From the NCBI RefSeq assembly GCF_032062105.1, contig NW_026931427.1, forward strand, positions 1-64,000: DNA of 64,000 nt, given 5' to 3'. A model generated the notes under the pieces. It saw only the letters and a list, made by a program, of their open reading frames with translations. It was not told the DNA's origin and made no database searches. This DNA is from Saccostrea cucullata. Its lineage: Eukaryota. Positions 11,140-23,039 of the stretch are shown here, in pieces (positions within the stretch are counted from its first letter, which is position 1; every line of letters begins with the position of its first letter). Both the position numbers and the translations under genes were made by a program.

Positions 11140-11690
11140 CAGTAAACGTGGAAATTTTGACGATATGCTAATTTTGACTTTATTGACGATTTTTCTTTTC
11201 TCGTCAAAATTTACACACTCGTCAAACTTCATATCATATATAGCATCACAACAGACACTGACCATTGCACAACATTACCACTAAATTTTCTCGGGCTTCC
11301 CCTATTAAAACTAGATCAAGGGTATTGTTAATTTCCTCTGCAATTAGTTATAAAAACAGAGTGATATATAATCACATTTTTAAAAAACATTGAATCTTAA
11401 CTGAAATACTGCAGGTGTAACTTAGTGTAATTATAACACCGTGCTAGTTTGTTACCTTGGGAAATTGACCGCTTATAATAAAAAGACATTGCAAGAGGGC
11501 AATTTATTTTACAATTTCTTTTAGATAGTTTATACAATCTTACATATTGTAGATGGTCTGTACAAAACTTAATTTTAGTAATTCAGACGCCGCCTTTTTA
11601 TTCCCTTGAATTCAAAGATAAATAACTCTCGAATTAAATATTTCGTCAAAATTAACACTCGTCAATTTTTGTAAACAAAAAATCGTCAAT
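11140..11690. mobile_element. Truncated MITE replacing part of the polB exonuclease domain
   Basis: Starts ta|CAGTAAAC; TTGACGA/TCGTCAA repeats; polB homology stops after CVAHRV and resumes at WY..QQTGKVLDFQKE; ExoII missing. Confidence 0.7.
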
Positions 11691-13791
11691 TGGTACATGT
11701 ACGAACAACAGACCGGAAAAGTGCTTGATTTTCAAAAGGAGTTTTTAGAGTATTGTATTTCAGACGTCGATATTTTACGACGATGCTGAACTCAGTTTAG
11801 AGCCACCCACAAGAGTTTGGTGCTTGTAGACCCTTTCAACCACGTTTGCCAGTGAAGCCAATTTAGCCTACCGTAGAGGATTCATGCCTTAAGAGACCTT
11901 TGCCATCATTCCTAACCTGGGGTATAAACCAGCGCGACAATATTCAGCCAAAGCCTGCTGGTGGCTCACCTGGATGACTCAACAGAGCGGATGTAACATA
12001 CGACATGCAAGAAACGGGGGCGAAGTCAAAATAGGACTCAAACCGTATACGAATTTTATGGCTGCTATTGGCACGGATGCCCCACCTGCTATCCTAATTT
12101 ATAGATCCTCACCGGACCCAATTTACTTACCAGAAATTAAACGAGGAAACTCTCAGAAGGAGTTCGGTCTTGGAAGGAATGGAGTACACCGTCCGTAGCA
12201 TCTGCGAGCACAATTTCTATCAGCAAGTGCAACGAGTTATGAGTTTACAGAATTTTGCACGAGACCTGGACATTCCCGATCCTTTGACCCTCCGAGAAGC
12301 CCTGTACGGAGGCCGAAACAATGCGATGCGATTACAAGTACATGTATATTGTGAGGAAGTTAAGGAGTTAATTGGACGTCTGTATCTTATTCCCGTACAC
12401 GTTAAAACAAAGACCTTTTCTTCTGGGCATCCTCAGATCATCACAGACGAGTTCCAGGACGTGAGAAGTTATTTTGGCCTCATTCACTGTCGGGTTTTAC
12501 CACCCCAAACCCTCTTCACCCCGTTTTACGTTATCGCATGGGAGGCAAGTTATTATTTCCCTTATGCCGAACTTGTGCTAAACAACAGGACTCTACCTCT
12601 CAGCATCGATGTCAACACACCAACCAGGAACGCAGTCTCAAAGGCACCTGGGTGATGACAGAATTACATATAGCTCTGGACGTGAGATATACCTTAGAGC
12701 GAATATACGAAGTTTGGCAGTATCCAGAAAGCAGTCAGGATTTATTCAGTCCTTACATCGATACCTTTCCCAAGATAAAACAGGAAACTTCCGGACCCCC
12801 CCCCCCCACCCTCGAGTGACAGACCTTAGAACAAAAACAAGATTACATTCGGCAAGTCTTACACAAAGAAGGATTTATGATGGACCTGCTCAGTATCGAG
12901 AAGAATCCAGTGAGAAGAACAATAGCTAAACTCTTTTTAAATTGTCTTTGGGGAAAATTTGCTCAACGATTGTTTTTACCCAAAACCAGATACCTAGCCG
13001 AAGAAGAGGAATTACAACAACTCTTACAAGATTCGACCCTCGACATCAAAGGTGTATAACTCTTAGACAATAAAGAGCAGCCTGATTTGGAAATGATGCT
13101 GATGAATTACCAAGAGAAATAGGAATTCGTAGAAGAGTGTCCCTTTGAAAATGTGGTACTGGCCTGTTTTACGACCGGTCATGCCCGCTTACACCTCTAC
13201 GAGACTTTAGAACCTTTAGGAGATCGGGACCTTTATTTCTATACAGACAGTCTTATCTACCAACATCAGAAAGGAGCCTTTTAATCCTTAACTTTGGGAA
13301 TAATTTAGGGGAATGGACCGACGAATTAGACGGGGACCACATCATCAAATTCATGTCGGGAGGCCCTAAAAATTATACTTATGTCACAGCCAAAGGAAGA
13401 TCCGAGTCAAAAGGCTTGACTCTCAACCATCGAGCCTCCCAGATCGTGTCCCCAGAGACTTTAGAAAAAAAGCTTAAGAAAGAAATTGATGAAATTCAAG
13501 TGGCGTATCCCTACAAAGTACAGAGGACCTGTCAACATGAAGTCAAGACTGTCCCTTTGGAGAAACAATATAGAATTGTGCATGATAAGAGACAATTATT
13601 GTTAACCCATTATAACACTTTACCTCATGGTTATTGATGTGATTGTTCAATGTTGACATTGAATTAAAAATGGATTTGCTGCTATTTTTTTCTTCTTCAT
13701 TACAGAAAAGGTCTTGGTTTTAGGTGAGGGATATATAAAAAGGGTATTGATATGTTTATTGTTGACTTTAAATAAAATGGATTTGTTTTCA

Positions 13792-13793
<2 letters not shown>

Positions 13794-13830
<37 letters not shown>
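13794..13830. repeat. (GT)n microsatellite flanking the 9.2-kb element
   Basis: Seen directly. Confidence 0.97.
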
Positions 13831-13835
<5 letters not shown>

Positions 13836-16800
13836 CGTGAAAGGTGTAAAACGGGGACATTTGTTTGTTTACACACCTTCCAACCGGGGACGACCTTCCA
13901 ACCGGGGACGTCCCCGGTTGTCTTCGATTAAAAATAGCTCCAAATTCGAAATCAGGGATGTCTAATTACCCCAAAAAGCCGAAAAAATCCATTTTTCAAC
14001 ATGTTGAAAAAATGTCCCCGGTTAGTTAGAATTAAAAGATGTGTGTTAGTGTGAACTTTTCATAATTATCGAAAGTTCGTATTTGGGGTTTACACACGTG
14101 TCCCCGTTCGTATAGTGAAAAACGTGTCACGTGACCTTTCCTGAAACAAACATTACCTTGATATATATTCTCTTTCTTGTTTTTAAGTCCATATTTTTTA
14201 AAAGGTTGAATTAACATATATTATTTTTCGTAACTACGTTATGACCATCAGTCAGTCTGACAAACATTAATCATGTCTATGGAACATCTATTTTGGTTAT
14301 AGATGTATTTAGACTTAGTTGTTACGCATACATGTGAATTAAGTTTCTTAATCGAGTCTATCATTTTTCTAAAGGAATGAAGTTTATTTTAACTCAAAGG
14401 CGTCAGAACGGGGGGGGGGGGGGGGCTTAGCCCAACTTTTTTTTTCTAAATATATACTTAAGCTTAGTATAGACATTGAACATTGTTGCCAATAGCCCTC
14501 CCACTTTCCAAAAACACGTCGCAGTATAGGTTCTAACCTCACACCCCACCCCTCACGAAATAGGATTTTCGTGTTCGGGAAATGGACATTTCCCCCCTTT
14601 TTGTGCTTGTCAGAGATTTTTTTGAGGACATATATTAATTTTTTTTTACACTTAGCCCCGCCCACAACTTTCAATTTGCTTCCGAGGCCAATGCAACTTA
14701 TGATATACGATTAATTAACATAATTTGGGGCCGTTTGTGCGTAATAAACTACGTAGTATTACAGTTTAATGATTGAAGAATAAGCAGTCGCGATATATTC
14801 AACATAATATCCGTGGGCGTCAAAAGCAAATTAAACGGGGGGCCACAATGCAATGGGGCTAAACCCCAATAAAACCGTAAACCCCTTTTTTCAATGCACA
14901 ATTAGTGTATATCTGTGCAAAAAAGTAGAGGATGCAAGCTGATAATTCGAAATAAATAATTGTTTACATTAAAGTTTGAAATCTGTAGTAGGGTTGATTT
15001 TCTTAAGCTTAAACATAATTCTTGATTTAGTGGGAAAATTATACCCATTTAGATTAATAAGTTTACGTATTATTTGCAGAGTTAATTAAAGATTTTTTTG
15101 TTAAATAATACACATTTCACCAGAATTGAACTTTGTCATGCATTTTGGTGGGAGGGGGGTTACAGTGGGGTGAGAGTAGGGTTGGGATTGGAAAGTTACA
15201 GCGTACAGTTTTTTACCATTTTATTTGTAAGTTGTTATTTGCATAGCTAAGGATGCTAGTATACATGCATGAGACTAAACTGAAATTCCTTCAATGTGCC
15301 TTGTAATAGTACTGTGGCAAATGCTAGCTGCAGAACTGTAACTCTCCGAAAAAAATATTTTTTCAGACCAGAGAGCTACAATGTACAGCCCCATCCATTG
15401 TAAAAACTGTATATTTATTGCCTGAAAAAAACTGGATTTATTCTTCCATTTTTTTTCCTTAATTGCAAAAAGATATATTTTAAGAAAAATCCTTACTTCT
15501 ATATAAAGTACTCTCCTATACATGTAGGTGACAACTGCACGAAGTACATTGGACCGAATTATCTTGCAATTCAAATAAATAAATAAATAAATAGTCGATG
15601 ATTTTTTTTCATGATATCAACTTCAAGTCCAGGAGGGCTATTAACAAAATTATAACATTTGTTGTTGCGGAAACATTGAAACAATATGTTAGCAACACAC
15701 GGTTAGTAATATTTTGAGATGACACTTGAAAACTATGGAGAAATAAATCAAGAAACAGTGCGCAATAAATATACCGTTTTTACAATGGTTTGCATTGTAA
15801 CTCTCCTATCTGTCAAAATTTATTTTTCCGGAGAGCTACAGTTCTGCAGCTAGTAAGCAAATGCGTGTGGAATGATTAAATTTTAAAATAATGTTTCGAC
15901 AGTCTGAGATTTCTGAAGGGGAGAGATACTGAAGGAATCTAAAAATATCAATAAATCCCTCGCTTTATGAAAACAAAATGTTTAGTGTAATGCTGATGAG
16001 AAGGAAGTGGGGGGAGGGGGGGGGGTCTTATGCTGACTATATACCACAGCGATTTGATCATACCGCTTAGAATTCGAAGTACGTGAAGACGTTATGTTGA
16101 AAAACCCCTATAGATTGAATCTGTGCGATTCATAAAGTCAGCTTATATAGATTTTTACAATAAATCTGATCAATTAAAAGGACACTTTCTCTATAATTAA
16201 CCAGTAACCATTGTATATACTCGTATAACCGTTATATCTCCTACTTCTATTTTTAAATTAAAAAATTCATACTTTTATAATACACAGAATAAATAGCACA
16301 AAGGGTTCTTAATCTAGTGCCATCAGATGTTCATAGACAAAAAATCAGCATGCATTAATTACCAGGGGTTTTTGGAAGATATCAAATTATGAAAATTTTT
16401 GCATTATTCAAAGAAAACTATATAAAAATCATATATCACAATTTCCAGATTTTTTTCATCAAAATTTGTTTTGGAAGAGGTGTACGAATCCATACATAAA
16501 CATTTAAGTATTGCACACAGATCCTTCATTTAGTGAAACTCTTCAACCCTAGGGAAGAGCCCAATAAAGTTCAAACTATGAGTTATAAAGGTCAAAATTT
16601 CAAAGCGGCATCGTCGTTATTCAGTGAGAACATAATGACATTGCGTGCAACAAATTCAGTTTCCAATTATTCAGATAACTTTTATAACACATATAAAATC
16701 TAAAAAAGATGGGTTTTTTTTTAATATAATTGTCTTCTTCTTAAATTTTCTGTTTATACACCATGAAGTTGCCTTTGTTCTATTCCATAGGCAGATCTAG

Positions 16801-17252
16801 GAATTTCGACCGGGGGGGGGGGGTTGTTAGACTACTGATGTCTAATACTTTTTTCTATCAAAAATGTCGGATCGTCATTTAAAGGAAGTAAATAATTTCT
16901 TAACAGCTAAATATAAATAAAAATCTTTTCAAATTGTTTCATGCATATATTTTTAAGAATAGGTACACTTCTGTCGATGTAATGTAATTACTTTAAAATT
17001 GATTTATGCTCTTGTGGGTTTGGTGATATGGGGATGGGGGTTCCACATTTACTGTATTTAATTCCTAAACAAAATGCAAACTCAATTTCAAGCTTTCATC
17101 CGAACAAAACAAAAACAGAATCAAAAGCAATTGTTAACAGAAAATAGTATTTTAGATATCTTTATAATTACTTCCTTTAAAAAAATATTCTAGTCAGTAT
17201 TTTTGAACCTGTAAGAACTTTAAGCCAATTGATTTCGATAATCAACAATGTC

Positions 17253-17715
17253 ACCAGCGTGGCGCAGTGGTTAGAGCGACTGCTCTAGAGTCGCGGAGTA
17301 AGGAGTTGATCCTTACGTCGCGGGTCCGAATCCCAATGGGGGACGTGGAGACTGGACCTTCGGATGAGATCGTTTAAACCTACATCCCGTGTCGCAGTAG
17401 GTGCTGGCACGAAAGAGATCCCTCCATGCTAAATGGCCCTGAGTCGCAGAACTACGCAAGGATTTGATTCTTACGTCGTGGGATTGAATCTTACCGTGGG
17501 ACGCGTGAGACCGGTCCTTCGGAGGAGACCATACAAAGCGAGATCCACTGTTGCAGTATATGCTGGCACGAAAAAATATCCCTCACTGCTCAATGGCCTT
17601 GATGAGTGCCGAAGCTAGGTCAAAATTTGCAGCTCTCCACCGGCAAGTGGTAGCGTATCCATATTACATAATTAGTGAAAAAGTCTCGAGAGGGGACGTT
17701 ATATACAATAAAGAA
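17253..17715 (+). mobile_element. tRNA-derived SINE with a duplicated Nin/Deu-like central domain
   Basis: A-box TGGCGCAGTGG, B-box-like GGTCCGAATCC, CTTCGGATGAGA..TAAACC motif present twice in diverged form; 3' part matches the SINE at 36135-36478. Confidence 0.8.
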
Positions 17716-17924
17716 ATAGAATTCATACACATATTTTCCTCTATTGTATTGTGATTATTTATACACAATTTTCCCCTTTTTTGTAATATTTTTACTCAAT
17801 TCTCCTCAACTGAGGTTTTAGAATAATTCATAAACATGTTGCTTCTTGTACTATTATAAGCCTAGGGTAACGTATACATACATCATTCACATTTTTTTTT
17901 ATATATTTTTATGATTTATACAGG

Positions 17925-18260
17925 AATGTCCCCTTTTGTTTTGTGATCATCTGTACTCACAATGTCCCCTATTGTATTGTTATTTTTTATACACAAATGT
18001 CCCCTATTGTATTGTAAATTTTTACACACAAAATATGTCCCCTATTGTGTTGAAGTTTTTCATACACAAATGTCCCCTATTGTAATGTGGGTTTTTACAC
18101 ACAAAATATGTCCCCTATTGTGTTGTAGTTTTTTATACACAAATGTCCCCTATTGTTATGTGGATTTTTATACACAAAATATGTCCCCTATTGTGTTGTA
18201 GTTTTTTTTATACACAAATGTCCTCCATTGTATTGTGATAATTTTTACACACAGTTCCCT
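17925..18260. repeat. Minisatellite, ~33-35-bp units (AAATGTCCCCTATTGT...TTTTATACAC)
   Basis: About 9-10 tandem units. Confidence 0.92.
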
Positions 18261-21200
18261 ATTTGATTAAGATGTTTTTTTCCCCGAGTTTTATTCACAA
18301 ATGCTTTCTATGGTTTTGCTATATTTTACACGATCTTCTCTCTACTGTACGGCTTACTAATATTCTTTATATCCATTTGTCCTCTAGTTTTCTGTTATAG
18401 GCCTAATTAAATGTAACACATAAAAATATCGGTCTTTCCCCCTTAAAACCTCACCCTTATCGGAAAACTGACTCTATCTAGTAGGATTTCCCTCCGAAAA
18501 TCACGCACCAGAGTCAGTTTTACGTGGGGGAAATCCTACTCTGTGAAGTAGTTATACGAGGGTTATCCCAAAATTTCGTAGACTGAGCTCATATCTTTTA
18601 AAGAAATTAATGTATCTTTATAAAATTTCCGGGGTGGATAAAGCGTGTTCTTGGCAGATAAATTACGAGGTTTTATGATGTTTACTTGAAAACTTTTCGA
18701 GTAATAACATTTAAAGTGATAGCGTTCTTTAACACCCGGAGCAATCTGCAACGTCAAAAAATATCAATGTCAACAGTTCAAATTTTTGGAGAAAATATTT
18801 CAATTACCAGAATCAAATTCTTAAATGAAACGAAACGGTTAATACCCGGTAGTTATAAATGTGAAATATCTTAATTACTATGATATGATCAAACATTAAA
18901 ATATGTAAACAAAGTATATGCATGTACATGTTTGAAATAATACTAATTTGAAAACGCTACATTTCTACGGGCTTTCGTCTGTTTTCTCTAAGGGAGTTGC
19001 ACAATGCAACTCTTGCCCATTTCTTAGCCCCGTCTTTTATTTTAGTTACTGTTATTCAGATATACATAGAGAAACCGATTTAATCATTTAAATACTCAAA
19101 ATGAGATAAAGTTTCCTAGTCTACCAAACCGTTATGACTGGAACATTTTTGTAAGAGTGAATTCAGGATCAAAACACTTGACCAGAGTCCAGTGCGCCGC
19201 CTGTGCCAACGCAGCCGCCATATTACAGAAAGTCGGATTTCAACCTCATGTACATAAAACGTTATAAAAATCATATTTATCAAAGCATAAACACCAAAAT
19301 TTGGGGAAATGTACTTAATAGAGCAGTATTAAGAATTTTCACTTCCATTTAAAAAATACGGGGTAGTAATTACTTTTCCGTAGGATAATATACCAAATTT
19401 TAATTTCAACTCTTGGGTATTGCGCCGCCTACCTACACCAGACAATGAAATGTGTCTTTTAAAATGGAATAATTTGTGTAGTTACTCCATATTCGTCCAT
19501 AACTTTATTAGATAGTGCTGGTTTAATCTATATACGAAGTTTCTTTAATGTATGACATAGGGTTCCTACAAAACAACGCTTGTCTACGGAATTTTGGGAC
19601 AACCCTCGTATAGCGCGATTTCCCCCAGGGCTAATGGTGTTCCCAATAAAAAGTTGCTGTACTTATGGTTTCAGGGGGATGGGGCAGCACATTGCTACAC
19701 GTGTTCTTTCTACAAAATGGTGACCAGATATATGTGTTGTTCACATACGAATACAAAGATTGAAAATAAAAAAAAAATTAAGCTCATTTTTCTCAACAAC
19801 AATCAAATACATTACATCAGTGAAACGGGGTGGGGTAGGGTTGGTTAAGGTCTCCTTTGCGTCTGTCCTTCTGTCTCACTGTCTATCTGTCCCCCCGTTT
19901 GTCTGTCTGTCCCAAAAATTTTTTCACAATTTTTTTTTTCTAAATTTCTGAAATAGTAAGCTGTTTTTGGAATGGAAGTGTATTTTGATGAGTAGCATTT
20001 CACTTTAATATTCTTTTTAAAGAAATACGACCGTTTAAATTTTCAAAGGTTTTCTACAATGTTTTTCTAATCGATTGGATATAGCGAGCTAATTTTTTGT
20101 TTGTGAAATTGCCGTGAATTGACTAATCCCCGTGCATAAGTCAAATGCGCTAATTACTGCTTCGGAAGCTAATTCCCCGTTATCTGTAGATCTCTTGATT
20201 TAACTTTTGTATCGGGAGGTGTTTAAATCAAATGAGCTAGTTGCTGACCCAAAAGCTTCTTCTCAGTTATCCATAATCCTCATTAATATTTTTTTTATTT
20301 TTGTATTGGTATAATTTAACAGTAAAAATGTATATCATTAAGAGACTAAGCAAGATTCCAGTTCCCCTTCTAAACCATGTCCTGACGTTTGGGAACTGGA
20401 ATCTCAGACCTGCGGCGTAAGGATAATTTTACTCCAAGAAAACCATTGTCAACTGAGGCGCAGTAAAGGTTGTCAAAGTTTTCGAAGGTTGAAACACTGC
20501 ATGCTTTATGCATTATAATATTCTTAATATTCTATGAAAATATATTACAATGAACCTTGTGTGCATGAATTCTGCACAGTCAATATTTTTTGTAATATCA
20601 CCGTCATCAAGCAGAGTTGATTGTTGCTACGTTTGAGGGCGTGATTTCATTAGTCAGTGGATAATAGTGGCTGCGTCTCGGGAAATAGTCCTGGTCATGG
20701 GGAATTATAATCTTGCTAACTCACCAATTATATACTTTTTGACTGTTTTATTATATTGATATATAATTAAAGAAAAATACAGGATTACGAATGAACGGGG
20801 ATTAACTTCCGGACTAAACGCACGGGAATCAGTCTATCTTTTGGGGATTAGTCCATTCACATGTACACCTACCGCTGAGCCATAAGATTGATTGATTGAT
20901 TGTATGTTGTTTAACGCCCCTCTCGAGAATTTTTCACTCATATGGAGACGCCCTGAGCCATTAATACTTCTAAACCTTCTAATCTGAGGAGATTTGCATT
21001 TCTTTAGAAAGCTAAACTTTTGGGTTGGGACTCAATGATTTGAAATAAAATTCTAACTACACAAGTTGAAATACACTCATTTTCTTTTAAAAATCTGTTT
21101 GTCGTTTATTTAATAATAATGCAGCTGTGGTTTATATAGACTCTATAACAACGTTGCATAAGAAAGAGAGAAGGCGTAATTTGGCTCTGGGGTGATTTCG

Positions 21201-23002
21201 CCTGGAGGGAGGGGGAGGGATTCTACTCTAGGGGAAATCCATCTCTATAACACAAGTGCTTACTTTTTTCAGATATATTTTTAAACAATGAGGACGAGGG
21301 TGCTCGCTAGTATTCATATCTCAAGCAATCAGATGTTTTGCAAAAAGTTGGTTAAAATTGCCGTATTTGCAGCAGTCGCAACTGAAATGTCTTGTAAATT
21401 TTCTTTTATAATTTAAGCAACGATTTTGCAAAACATATTTTACTCCTGATTTTTTTTTTAATTTACGTTAATTTAGTTCATTTGTATATTTCTTATAAAA
21501 AAAAATGATTTGAATTTAATAAAATGTAGTAGTCATAAAAATCTGTTGCAATTAAAAAACAGGTAATACTTCCGGATCATCGGTTTTCTGTGTGAAACAA
21601 AAAATAGATAATTGTTGGAAGGTTTTGAAATTAAAAGATAAGATAAATTAATTCCTTTCTAAACTGTCTTTGCTTTGAAAGATTTTTTTATTTATTGTTA
21701 TACCTTAAAATAATTGTTCCTATACATATCTGTACGATAAAAAGATTTTAAATGCTTAACTGAGCTGGCATAAAAAAAAATCTATATTAGACGCTGAGTG
21801 AGATGTTGGACCGGTCTATGAGATGTTGAACCGCTTACATCACAGAATGGGCGGAGCTTAATCACATTTTCATTCGTTGGTGTTTAACAGTGACGGATCT
21901 TAGGTTACATTACGGAAGACAGTACAAAATGCATGTATGTCCAAAAAATTAAGAAATGAAAGGTATAACAAAACATTTATTGACTATGTTCTCGAGCAAA
22001 ATGCGTTTTGTCGACCCTCGAACCTAACGGCCTTTTGGTTCTTTAGGTTCTTGGGTCCGAACTTAGTCAATAAATGTGTAATGTTTTTATAAAAGTGCCT
22101 CAAAGATGCAATGTATAAATGTAAATAATTTAAAGAAGTCGTCGAACCCCGCTTCTGTAATAATGACGAGTATACATGTATGTAAATGCACTGGATTTGA
22201 TTTTAAAGTGTTTATCGATTATATTTAATAGCATGACCATAATCAAAAGGCCAAATTAGATTCTTCTCTTCTTTTTTTTCATTTTTAATTGGGTCATTTT
22301 GCGGAGTGGTACTATGATTGCCCTCTTCAGACATTGTGTTATATTTTTATAGTTGCAAGTATGTCAAATGATAATCATTTTACTTGTTCAATACTGAACA
22401 AAATATTTGAAAAATAAAAAAAAAATAAAGCAAATGCATAAACATCAATGTCAGGCGTGAACTTAATTGCAATCACCATATTTAAATGCCATCAATCATG
22501 CCAATGCCACTGCGGCAACAAGGTCAGTGATGTCAAATTGATAAATTTAATGCAGATAGCTTAATTTTAAAACTATATAAGAAAACTTAAATATATATTT
22601 TCACCATGCAATAACTATTCATTATTTCCATATTTGATTTAAAATCTTAAGCATTCAAGTGCCTATGAAGACGGGGGTCTTAATCAGTGATGAAAACCGG
22701 TGGTAATAAGTGAATAAAGGGCACAAAAGAGGGTGTTTTGTTCATTTTGGAAAATGTCCCCGTTTAGATACAATATAACAAGAACTGGTGTGTGAATATT
22801 AATGAGTGTAAAATAGGTCCCCGTTTGTGCTGTGAAATGTGCTGCGCTTAAAATCAAAGATATTGATATGTTTTCATTATATTTGTCATCAGGATTACAG
22901 GGTGATTAATGTTTTAGGTCAAAAGTCAATGAAATGTTAAAAATAAAGAAGTCCCCACTTTGACAGTCTTTAACCCCTGTCCCCGTTTGACACCCTTCAC
23001 AC

Positions 23003-23005
<3 letters not shown>

Positions 23006-23035
<30 letters not shown>
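23006..23035. repeat. (GT)n between the two tandem elements
   Basis: Seen directly. Confidence 0.97.

Positions 23036-23039
<4 letters not shown>

Larger units (their letters stand above)
7960..13637 (+). pseudogene. polB: Protein-primed family B DNA polymerase (pPolB), disrupted by stops, frameshifts, insertions and a deletion
   Basis: IVQIDNP*NKFCLART; ExoI YF(Y)FECTQ; ExoIII EYCISDVDIL; YGGR; motif B KLFLNCLWGKF; motif C YFYTDS; GPKNY; C-terminal TLPHGY*. Confidence 0.93.
7010..13790 (+). mobile_element. Decayed Polinton/Maverick (adintovirus-like) element, left terminus through polB
   Basis: Starts AGTAGT (typical Polinton end), GC-rich subterminal repeats, compact TATA/polyA genes, protein-primed PolB. 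No integrase, capsid, ATPase, protease or right TIR seen. Confidence 0.8.
13835..23002. mobile_element. ~9.2-kb non-autonomous TIR element, copy 1
   Basis: 25-bp TIR GYGTGAARGGTGTMAAACGGGGACA (3 mismatches), subterminal TGTCCCCG/CGGGGAC repeats at both ends, no credible ORF. Confidence 0.8.

Noticed and set aside
16831-16845. ACTACT as the right Polinton terminus
   Set aside because: No inverted copy of the 7010-7250 terminal region and no matching GATATT TSD.
17925-18260. CRISPR-like repeat/spacer appearance (also 36640-36985)
   Set aside because: Spacers are related or too short, no cas genes, eukaryotic context.
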